Shown here one piece after another: positions 52,357 to 64,000 of a stretch of DNA of 64,000 nt. The number at the start of each line of letters is the position of its first letter. Position 1 is the first letter of the stretch. The stretch lies in contig OX597819.1 of NCBI GenBank assembly GCA_951406725.2, positions 40,734,001 to 40,798,000 on the forward strand. Direction: 5' to 3'. This DNA comes from Octopus vulgaris (taxonomy: Eukaryota). The notes below the pieces were generated by a model. The model did not search any database, had not been told where the DNA came from, and worked only from the letters and a program-made list of their open reading frames with translations. The position numbers and the translations under genes were made by a program.

Positions 52357-52875
52357 TATATATCCATATCTACAGCTATATCTATATCTATATCTATATC
52401 TATATTTATATCTATGTCTATATATATATATATATATATATGATTTTAAATTTTAGTTAAAATCTATTCTCATCTTCGTTAATTTCTTCAGTGTAGTAAG
52501 TGATATACTGTAAAGAATTGAACTAAAGGAAAGAGAATAAAGAATTGAGCGGTAATGCTGATAGTCAACAGGTGTTTTCTGTTTATTAGATTATGCCTTT
52601 AGTTCTGATACACTTTCACCTCAATAAACTATTCTTCCAGTTATGTGAGAATCAATGCAGAGACTTAAAAAACTACAAAAGCGCCATTGCTCATTGGACA
52701 ATTTAAACCTAGCACTACAAATGGCCCAATTGTTAGCCCTGTATAACTAGCTTTTATTTAGAAAAAGAAATCACCCTCGCATTATTGTTGCTTCGGAGTG
52801 TTTACTTTTGTATGCAGCGCAAAATCGAAAATATGAATAGAATTGCTTTACATCTTAACTCTTTGAAGTTTTTAA

Positions 52876-52935
<60 letters not shown>

Positions 52936-54400
52936 TATATGTGTATAAAATAACATGTGCTTGCAAAATTATGTTAAGTATCATATAAAATTAAATCCAT
53001 TCCTTAAAACTGTTCATTTTTAATTTTAATTTCTGTGTTATATTGTTTCTAATTTCTTGATGCTATAGAACATAAAGGGTGACACAAAAGCAATGTCAGC
53101 TACACGAATTGCAGGTTACCATTTTGACATTAGAAGATCATGTTTAAACGTATTTCATCTATCGTGTATTTTACTCATATAGCAAAAGTGTAATAGTATA
53201 TTTTTGATCGAGAGATCTTCTTTTTCTGCTACATTTTTTGGGGACTGGAAGTGGTGTCTTTAAACTAACATTTTTGAGAGACATTGAAAGGCCTGCTTCT
53301 GCATAACATTTGAAAAGAATTAAACGGATATCCGGGAAATATACTGAATGTAAAAAAAGAAAAAGAAAGAACAAGAAAAAAAAAGAAGAAAAAAGAAAAA
53401 AGAAAAAAAAACCCAGACTATCTCTCTAGTTAAATAAGATATATTTATTGGTTAACCAATTATTAAAAGAAACCAAAGATTTGTTCAGCACATCTAATTT
53501 ATGAAGGGACATTTTAATGCAGTTCATAGCAAATCCGTCTGTTCGATATAGTTAAATATATTTTCAAGCAAAATGTTAAACTTTTAACTAAAACAGAAAC
53601 ACATTTTCATACTAGAGATCTGTTTCAAAATAAAGGATTGCAATGCTGCAAAAGAATACTGGTTTCTAATTTTTGCACAAGGCCAGTAATTTCGATTACA
53701 CCGACCCTAGTACTTATTTTATCGACCCCGAAAGGATGAAAGACAAAGTCGACTCCGGTAGAATATGAACTCAGAATGTAAAGACGGACGAAATGTCGCT
53801 AAGTATTTTGCTCGGAACGCTAACGACACTGCCAGCTTGTCGCTGGTAAAAGAATATTATTATGTCTTTATATTAATCAATATTGACAAAATTTATTCTT
53901 CTTTATCATAAATTTTAATCTAGAGTCAACGTGGCGTATAACAGTAAAAAGAATAGATGTCTACCTAAACTATATTTGCTATATTTCTTCTACTTGTGTA
54001 TTTAAATTTTAAGAATGGTTACAGGTGCCTGATAGGCCATCCACTGGTTCGCTGCATTTCTAACCGCGAGATTGACACAGGTGGCACAGTGAAGATCTGT
54101 ATGACATTCCAAAAATACTCCATCTGAGATTCTTATGTGAATAGATGCACACACTTGGATGTATGCTTCAATATTTAAAACAACACATCATTTCAAACAT
54201 ATATTTAGAAACACCAGGAACTCTCTTAACTCAAGAAGTCTTGTCGCTTTGTTAGCGACTGTCTTGAACTTTCCCAAGAAGAATTAAATTAAACTCAAAG
54301 AAAAATCATATATACATACACACATATATACATACATACATGCATGCATGCACCCATGCACGCATACATACATACATACATACATACATACATACATACA

Positions 54401-54432
<32 letters not shown>

Positions 54433-54479
54433 CACATGTCGCATGTTTGCCTACATGAGGCTGATAACATCATAAGACT

Positions 54480-55640
54480 TGGAAGGTAGCTCCTTGAACA
54501 ACACTCTTTGTCTGATAACCTAGAATACATGTCCAAAGAAGCAGCACGACTCTACTGCAAAGTATCATCAGATGAAAGGATGAGTCTATATGAAGAGAAG
54601 ACTATGCATGGATACGTTAGTAGAAAGCTCCGTGATGATAGTAACATCGATCATCAAAGCAATTTATCATGGACCAATAGCAGGATTACTACCTCCTACT
54701 TTGAAGGGTATGCGTTTTCAAACTAGGAAAGGAAATATCAACCAAGTACCTGATTCACAAAAGGGATAAAGATGCAATAAAAGCCGCACAATGTGACAAC
54801 TAATGCAGACTTTGTGGAGTTTACACTGATGGTATCACCCACATCATAAGCAGTTGTCCGAAAATGTCATCACGGTATTATCTACCGATGAGACATGATG
54901 TTGTAACTAGGACACTCTATAATGAAATCCGTCGGAAGGATGATCCCGAGGACAAAGAAATAAGAATCCACAATATGGTAGAAGTCATAGCCACTCATAA
55001 TAAAAAGGAGTACTGGTGGAATGTCGCAGTGAAGACCTTAATAAAATGTGAGCACAACAAACCCAATATAATGATTTGGGATTGAGAAGAGAAACTGTGC
55101 ACAGTTGTGGAAATTAGCTGCACAGCAGATGTTAACATAAAGCTGAAGATCAGTGAAAAAGAGAACACTAATACTGAGCTATTGAGAAATCTGCAGTTAC
55201 TCTATCCAGATTACAAGTTCAAGTTTATAACTGTAATTATTGGGGCCCTGGGATATGTAACACACTGCCTAAATACCAATCCTGAGAAATAAGGCTTCTC
55301 AAAACCAGAAAGAAGAAAGCTAATTCGAAGACTATAGATCCAATCCATCACTGGAACTGTAAAAATCTGTAAGACTTTCCAGAAGTTTATGATTTAAATA
55401 TATATAAGCATGTCTAGATATGCATATATATGCATGGGAATACATACATAAAACATACAAGTCTGCACATACATACATACATACATACATACATACATAC
55501 ATACATACATACATACATACATACATACATACATACATACATAACCTGTTGTTGATGTTGAAATTCCAATGAAGGAGCCTTGGATCTAGGTTAGAATCGG
55601 TTCTTTATTGGCAAGAAATTTTGAAATAAACTGAATAATG
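54480..55640 (+). mobile_element. 5'-truncated R4/Dong-like non-LTR retrotransposon (CCHC finger plus restriction-like endonuclease), degenerate
   Basis: CRLCG...ITHIISSC zinc knuckle, RHD motif, YWWN...HNKPNIMIWD...VVEISC, KISEKE, FITVIIGALG; in-frame stops; (CATA)n tracts upstream and near the 3' end. Confidence 0.8.
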
Positions 55641-56330
55641 ACATACATACATATTTACATGAGCATGTCTAGATATGCAGCTATATGCATGAGAGTACAC
55701 ACATAAAACAAAACATACATGTCTACACATATACATACGAAAATATCCTGTTGATGTTGTTGAAATTCCAATGACGGTACTTTGGATCTAGTTTAGAAAC
55801 TAGTTCTTCCTCTATTGGCATGTGTGTTTGTATATATGAATATATACAAACACACACATAGATAAAAATAAATATAACACCACCTTCGGGAATTGAAACT
55901 TTTGCTTCCTGTAAACCCTGTAGTCGAGTCAACCACTACATCAGTATGACATTGCGGGCATAACAACAGTCGATATAAGAAGTCGCAATGTAACTTAACA
56001 AACAACCGTCTACAAGCGACCTATTAACAGGTGCTGAATATTAATTTATGGTATGATGCATATTGAATAAGAGGCGGCGAGCTGGCTGAATTGTTAGCAC
56101 GTCGGGTTAAATGCTTCGCAGCTTTTCGTCCGTCTTTACGTTTTGAGTTCAAATTCCATCTGGGTTGACTTTCGGGGTCGATTACATCGAATATCTGCTC
56201 TCCTCCAAAATTCAGACCTTGTGCTTAGAGTAGAAAGGATCATATATATCTGATATAGCAGACATTTGTGTGTGTATGTGTGTGTCTGTATATATATATA
56301 CAGACACACACATACACACACACATATATG

Positions 56331-56401
<71 letters not shown>

Positions 56402-57424
56402 CCCGGCAACGACGGGTCATAGTGCTAGTGCATGTATATATGTGTATATATATGGGTACATGTATATATATGGGTACATATTACATGTACATATATATAT
56501 ATATATATAAACATCTACACATAAAATACAAAATACAAAGTTATATCTTGATATCGCTAGTGATAACAATACTCAAAATATATAACAGACTGGAATTGCA
56601 AGCCCGTCTCTTGCACTTTCGATCAATTGTATCTTGTCCTCCATCTAGTATAGAAATGTGGCTACAATCCAGCCTACCTCTACTGCTATTGGGTGGGGGT
56701 GACATTTTAAATTTTTATCCGGGACGTCCTACGTCCCAGATATAAAGGTAAAAATAAAATATTTCCACTTTGCAAGTTCGAGTCGAGTACTCCCTTGCAT
56801 GCTCCGTTGACTCGAACCTTGCTTCTATTGTGGCGAATTTACCGCCTCTGGTTAGCTATCTTTCATAGTCGCACCAAGACACTTTTCGATGGTGCTTTCC
56901 TCCAGGTGTTCAAATTTTTTTCTCTACATTGTATACTTTATAGACAATAGTCTTTTCTTTAATTTAATTTTTTATTATCCATCTGGACTATTCCATTTCT
57001 GCACGCTAATTTTATTTTTAATTTATTCCCATTCATGTGAAACCACTTATTCAAGTTCAAGTCATTGATGCAATTTTATACCAATTGCTATTTTTACTTT
57101 TGTTATGTTACGATTATATTATACTTTAGTTTGATTTTAATTATTACTTACCACATATAATTCAATTGTTATTATTATTTTTATTTTTAAAGTGAAAGTA
57201 TCTGACATAAAATAGAGAAATGTTTTTTTTTTCACTTTTAACACGTAATACTGAAATAGTGGAGAATATATGATATTGCTACGGGCTCGCTCTAGGCAAG
57301 AAGTTGAACATTTTTTTGCCCATGAAACTACATGGACCCTAAGTAAGGCATGTGTAAAATTTGAATGAAATTGGTTGTGTAGTTCTCAAGTTTTAGGGAA
57401 ACACACAGACAGACACATTCTCAG

Positions 57425-57479
<55 letters not shown>

Positions 57480-57970
57480 TAAATGGCCATTTATCTATTT
57501 ATCTATTTATCTATTTATCTATTTATTCCCTCCACCTAACAAACCGCCTACCTCTTCTTGACCACCAAAAAGCAATTGTCTTCTAATTTACCAAAAAACC
57601 CCATCCCATATATCTGTTGAATTTCTATTCATTTATTCTATTTATTCATTTATTTATTTTCTTACTGATTCTTCTCATTCCAAAAATGCTCTGGCCTTTT
57701 GACCACTCCCCTAAGAGCAATAGCCTGTGACCTGTTTATCTCCTAAATACCAACCTACCCAAAAAACGTCCCCCCTGCCACCACCACTCCATTAAATCTG
57801 CCTAAATGAATAAATACCAGAACTTATTTTGATAGCCAGCTTCCTGAAGATTTCATCTGAATGAAACAGTTCTAGTCCTGTAGAAGCTCCTTCTATAAAA
57901 TAAATTAATTTACTCTGCTATGTACTGAGTACCTTATTTACTGTGGTTTACCCCGACTCAACCCGGGACC

Positions 57971-58020
<50 letters not shown>

Positions 58021-58025
<5 letters not shown>

Positions 58026-61000
58026 GTGGGCACCGTTAATCGAAAGCTAACTTCGTTAAGGATTAACTTGTTATCCAAAAGGTTAACTTCGTTAAGCCCT
58101 TAATTCTTTGAAAGTGTAACGGAAGTTAATGCTAATCCGTTAACGTTAACATGTAGTGAAAAGGCATAACTAATACCCCACCAACTTCGTTGCCTTATAA
58201 CTTCCAGAAAAATTGACACCGTTTAACAAACTTTTACCAAATAATCGCTTATATCCTGTAGATTGAGTGTAAGTAAAAATTTGTTAGAAATTTTTTTCCG
58301 AGGGGTTAGGGAGACGAGTTTCAGAAAATTCACATGACTCGACATTTCCCACCTCATATTTTCTGGAAAATAGGAATTTGTATATGAAATTCTATACAAA
58401 TACCTTTTAAACGATGTAGATTACTATTATAAAGAAATTTATAGGAAAATTCTTTGGAAGGGGGAGAGATGGAGGAGTTTCTGGAAAACAGATTTTCGGA
58501 CCAGACGGCCTACATAAGTTGAAATGTCTCCGTTTTGAAGGGGAATTTTTCCAATGTTTTTCACCAAAGTCTTCAGAATGATGGGAGACACCTTTTCACG
58601 AAAAACAGAAAAAAAAAATTTTTTTCACTCCCGCCGCCCCTTCACTATCCCAGTTCGAAACGAGTTTGGCCATTTATTTTTCACTATGCACTTAAAACCG
58701 GTGAAACATTTTCAGTTTTAAAAAATTGCCAATAATTTCAGAGGAAAATGTGTGATTTAAGGGATATCTGGCTGTTATTTCTAGCACATCTCAAAACCTC
58801 CCTCCTTGTTTCTTTCTCACTCACACATCTATTGATATTTTTCAATATTTTTCTCACCATAAACAAATTTTATGGAATGATGATGTCAAATTGACACACG
58901 TGTAGTCCCAACCGATCGAGGCCGTGTTATGTGTGTATGTGTAAGAAAAAAAACACACACCTAAACACATCTTTAGTGTTCATATTAATCTGTCAAATGT
59001 AATGCTTATTTGTTCACGTTATTTTGAATTATTCAGGTTTAAGAGGCATGTCCACAATATTTGCTTGTAACTTTGTAAATTTTTTACATACAGATTTGAA
59101 ATTTTGTCAGTGGGTGCTTTATATACCACTGGTTTATTGTTATGTAAATTTAGCTGATCCTGCTGAGTAAATTTGACTTTTATGGGCAGGTAAATTTAAT
59201 TAACAGGTGTAACAGCAATAACATTATGGATAAACACTAAAATTGAAATTCTAAATGCATCTTACCTGTTTGATTTGTTACTAAAATTCAACTGACAAAA
59301 ATGTTGCCACTTTTCAAGATGAGGTACATTAATTTGAATTATTTAAAAAAAAAAAGCAGTTATAATCGGTACAAGATTTTATTCTTTCGGTAAATATTTC
59401 GTACCTCGGTGTGGAATAATTTTTTTCATAGTTTTTTTCGGGTGCATTCAACGTATCTGACCTCCAAATCTGCCGCAAGCCACTTTTTTCCAGAAAAGAA
59501 AGGTAGGAAGGGTGGTGGGGACCTCTAAGTTTCCCACCGAGGGAGTATTGTTTCGCGGGTCTTTTTCTTTTCCAGGTTATTTTGCATGCTTTCAACGAAT
59601 GTGATACCAAGCGTAAACGGCTCCTTTTTCCAGAAAAAGAAAGATTTAGCTGCTATTTCTAGCGTACCCTGCTACCACGTAACAGCTATTTGCGTTCACA
59701 CCGAAATATTTACCAACTTTTTTCCTTCCATTTACTTTTTCCACTTTGTGGAAGTCAATATTTTCTCTGTTGACATCCATCTCATTTAATTTTGCGTTTC
59801 TCCCGGTTCTGAGCTTTCTGGAAGAAAAGCCTTCACATTATCTCAAAGCTACGAAATTTTACTAACGTGATTTGTTTATTTTCTAAAAGATTTCGTAGAG
59901 GAATTAGATACAACAGGTTTTGGCCGGTTTAAACACTATAGGGTTAAAAAGTGCCATAACTATAAAGTCAGCTTTTTTAGCCTTTTTGAGGGCCTTAGAA
60001 CCCCAAAACTATAAATGCTGACTTTATAGTTTTAAATTTCAAAGGGGCTATAAAATGCTGATTTCATAGTTTTGGCATTTTTTAAAGATTTTTAAAGGCT
60101 TTTAGAGCCAGAAAAGGGTAAAAAAAACTCAAATGAAATACAATATTGTATTATTGATAAAGTGGCCGTAAAAAAAAAAAAAAATTTTTTAAATGATATT
60201 CTTTTACTCTTTTTACTCTTTTACATGTTTCAGTCATTTGATTGTGGCCATGCTAGAGCACTGCTTTTAGCCCCAGGACTTATTCTTTGTAAGCCTAGTA
60301 CTTATTCTATCGGTCTCTTTTGCCGAACCGGTAAGTTACGGGGACATAAACACACCAGCATCGGTTGTCAAGCGATGTTGGAAGGGGGGGGGGCGGACAA
60401 ACACAGACACACAAGTACATATATATATACATATATACGACTGGCTTCTTTCAGTTTCCGTCTACCAAATCCACTCACAAGGCTTTGGTCGGCCCGAGGC
60501 TTTGTACAAGACACTTGCCCAAGGTGCCACGCAGTGGGACTGAACCCGGAAGCATGGGGTTCGTAAGCAAGCTACTTACCACACAGCCACTCCTACGCCT
60601 ATATATACATAATTTAATTTTTCCTCTTCTTCTCATCCATTTTGTTGATGAGATTCATGTTGACCTTCACGAAAATTAACATACTAAAATTTTCATCAGA
60701 CAAGGACGATCTCATGGCACTCAAGATGTCCTTGCCCAGGGAAAATAAACGCTCAGCTGCAGCACTGGGAAAGATGTTGAACTTGAACAAGACCACCAAC
60801 ACTTGCTCACCCAAGAAGACAGCAGCCAGTTGGCATTCCTCATCGTCCAGGAGGGTCGCAAATCTTTTGTCGATGCCTTCCAAAACTGCATTGACCAAAG
60901 GGATGCAGTAGACGAGTTTTGAGCTAGCGGAGTTGTGTTAACGGAAGCTAAATGTAACGGAAGTTAATTAGTCCGATAATGATTTTCAAAGTTAACTTAA

Positions 61001-61075
61001 AAGTTAAATCGTTAACAAAAATGTTAACTTCGTTAATTACCGATTAACGGATTAACGGACTTACGCCCCGCGCTG
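58021..61075 (-). mobile_element. Internally deleted hAT transposon with nested repeats
   Basis: CAG..CTG imperfect TIRs, subterminal aacttcgttaa repeats at both ends, hAT dimerisation domain SAAAERLFSLGKDILSAMRSSLSDENFSMLIFVKVN at 60614-60898. Confidence 0.75.
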
Positions 61076-61540
61076 TATCCATATACACATATAGAGCGTG
61101 AACAAAGGTACTTCCCCTGCCATAGGCTCATAAGGCCTGTCTGTCGCAGGATTACTCAGTTTTGCCGGCTGAGGGGACTGGAGCAAAGTGAAATGAAGTG
61201 CTTTGCTTAAGAACATAAAGTATCGCCTGGTCCAGGAATTGAAACCACTAGATAACGACCATAAGAACAATACCCTAACCTATTTCTTTACTACCCCATA
61301 GAGGGGACAGACAAGGACAGACAAGGACAGACCAACGGATTAAGTCGATTATATCGACCCCAGTGCGTAACTGGTACTTAATTTATCGACCCTGAAAGGA
61401 TGAAAGGCAAAGTCGACCACGGCGGAATTTGAACTCAGAACGTAACGACAGACGAAATACGGCTACGCATTTCACCCGCCGTGCTAACGCTTCTGCCAGC
61501 TCGCCGCCTTCCACTAAGTCACGCACCTCCACACACACAC

Positions 61541-61635
<95 letters not shown>

Positions 61636-62055
61636 AGGCTTTTGCAGAGTTTCCGTCTATTCAGTTCCACTCGCGGCGTATTAGACGATCCGAGGTTAAA
61701 ACTCGCAAAAAGTGCCCTTTAATGGGATTGAACACATGAACAAATTTGGTTACTAAGCAAACTTCTTAACCGTATAACAATGTCTTCTCTTTTTATAAAC
61801 CGTAGATAAGTCTACATCGTCAATTCGCATTCTTTGTCTTATATATTCAGAAGAAGCAGCTGTGATACTTTAAAATATGTATCAATCGTTGTTTACGATG
61901 TTTTACAATATATTCTGTATTGAAGTATATTTTTTTGTCCCGTTTCATATAAAAGGAAAAAAAAATCAGTTAAGAAACTGGTTGGCTTTTTTTTTTTTTT
62001 TTAGCTGATACCAATTGTGAAACAAACTTCAAGATGTATGTATGATATGTAGTAT

Positions 62056-62129
<74 letters not shown>

Positions 62130-62588
62130 ACATACACACACACACAAGCAACCTCCCCACACACAACTTGCTGAATCTACAAGAAGGGACAGTGCGCATT
62201 ACATTTGCAGATCCACCGAGACCGGTGTGATCGATGTCGTTAATATTCAGTTTGAACTATTACAAGACAACACCTGCAGGTAAAACATGAGAGGGGACAA
62301 TATTTCAGCGGGATGGGGGGTGGGGGAGTGATGTCCTGGTGAAAAAAAAAAAAAAAGGACCGTGCATATTGGATCTTGCAGGGCTTGAAGTATTGGACGC
62401 AGCAAGTGTGATGGAGCGATGGGAAGAGAAGTGGGATGAAAGTGCCCAAGCAGAGGAGATGCAAGACCAGTTAGATACAAAGAACAGAAGATACGTTCGC
62501 ACACACATGAGAGAAGAAAGGGAGAGTGAGTGAAAGAGAGAGGAAGAGAGAGAGAGAGAGATAGAGAGGAAAGGTTTAAATTATGCCT

Positions 62589-62627
<39 letters not shown>

Positions 62628-63014
62628 AGATAGAGAGAGTGAATGAGTGAGGCAGTCTGAAGACTCGAGGTACAAAGCTAGTAAATTACTGAGTTCTCTT
62701 TTGTGCTTTTCATTTCACAAAATGAATATTTCTCTATACGCAGTTTTGAAGTATTTATGAGTACTTCGGAAGTGTCCCCTAACTAGGGAGAAATTCCTAG
62801 CTATGTTTGCGGAGATATTTACATTTAAAGGAAGATTCATCTAGATTATTTTCTCCTTCTTAACGCTCTTCGGAGGTGGAAGTATGGAGTCCTTTATGTA
62901 CATTAACTTATTAAAACCGCTCGTCGCTAACACCTCTTGATAATAATGTACAAATCTGTCGAGGATAACTCTATATGCGGATATATCGGAGATTCTTTTA
63001 CTGTTACCAGCAAC

Positions 63015-63086
63015 GGACATATGGCGTAGTGATTAAGAGCGCGGGCTACAAACCCCAAGATTCCGAGTTCGATTCCAGGCAGTGAA

Positions 63087-63157
<71 letters not shown>

Positions 63158-63290
63158 CAAACAACAACATCGAAAAACACGTTAGGAATGAGAACCCAGG
63201 CTGGAGGGTATATCAGCCGAAACGTTGTGTTAACAACAAACAAGATGAAGACAAATATCCGTCAAATGTAACTAAAGTAAATAATGTACA
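63015..63290 (+). mobile_element. tRNA-derived head plus (AAT)n plus hammerhead-tail remnant
   Basis: A box TGGCGTAGTGA (63022), B box GAGTTCGATTCC (63065), (AAT)n, then ggctg-gagggtatat-cagcc-GAAACGTT; tail is homologous to 43000-43088 on the minus strand. Confidence 0.6.
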
Positions 63291-63299
63291 TTAGAATGG

Positions 63300-64000
63300 T
63301 ATTGATTAGAATTCATATGAATATCTATAGTTTTCCCGTTGAACTATTTTTAGGAGCATTATTTGTTTGTCTTGTGGCGAGGTCTAAAGAAATGTCCGTC
63401 CAAGAAGCTGATTGTGATTAAATTGGCGGTGATAGTTATATTTAAGTCATACTTGTAGAAGATTCTTATTAAGTTCTTGTATCTATCTATAACTTGACTT
63501 AAAATTGTTAGACCATCGTCTCCGTTCACATTTGAGTTGGTAGTAGATGTACCTTTTTGAAAGTATCAAGAACAGTTCAACGAAGTCTGCGACCTTAGTT
63601 CCGTTGTAACTCCCCATGAAGGCGTCGAACAGCAGATCACTTTCCATTTTGGTCTAGTAAAAGTCATTCTAATATAAAAGTGATTTCCTACCGTTCAAGA
63701 CTATTCAAATATCAAGGTCGTTTATCTTAGTGAATTGTCTCCGGAGATCCAGGGCTTTAATGAAGAGAGGTTTCAATGTGAAAAAATAAAAATCCACACG
63801 ATATTACACTGGGTTAATCTTCAGGTTGGTTTGTCGTAGATACCGCGGAACTAGTTGATAACGGATAAGCTTCGCTTCTATTGTACTAATCCAGTCGCTC
63901 TTTTGACATCAGAATTGATGGTCCTGAGGATTCTTAGTATGCGTAGTTCACTTTTAGAGGCGTTGATCAGCCAAGCACATATAAATACTGCAAGTTTTTA
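63300..64000 (-). mobile_element. Degenerate Penelope-like element reverse transcriptase fragment
   Basis: Translatable pieces LINASKSEL, FDAFMGSYNGTKVADFVELFLI and GDDGL match Penelope RT motifs (FDVTMGSYDGAEVCELVG, YRDDGL); stops and frameshifts present. Confidence 0.7.

Noticed and set aside
63015-63090. Functional tRNA gene
   Set aside because: A and B boxes are present, but acceptor-stem pairing is poor and it runs into (AAT)n and repeat sequence; better explained as a SINE head.

Overview
AT-rich, repeat-dense animal genomic DNA. The SINE families and microsatellite load suggest an octopus (coleoid cephalopod); this is inference from recognised repeat families. Most ORFs in the supplied track are microsatellite artefacts. 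Two spliced minus-strand genes can be reconstructed by hand. (1) The first two coding exons of a PDPR-like FAD-dependent (DMGDH/SARDH family) mitochondrial protein, 23295-22934 and 6443-6313, continuing towards or beyond the window start. (2) A complete five-exon gene (52215-35449) for an uncharacterised 284-aa protein with a predicted signal peptide. The rest is tRNA-derived SINEs, RTE, CR1, R4/Dong and Penelope retroelement fragments, Tc1/mariner, hAT, MITE and Helitron DNA elements. The most striking feature is a set of type I hammerhead-ribozyme motifs: a 360-bp tandem 'retrozyme'-like array between (TA)n tracts (48216-49056), a canonical hammerhead in a (TA)n-flanked mini-element (30833-30914), a fold-back carrying a hammerhead on each strand (31619-32456), and several minimal or variant cores. 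Penelope RT and GIY-YIG remnants in the same window belong to a family that could mobilise them. Transposon boundaries are approximate; exon and ribozyme coordinates were counted base by base.
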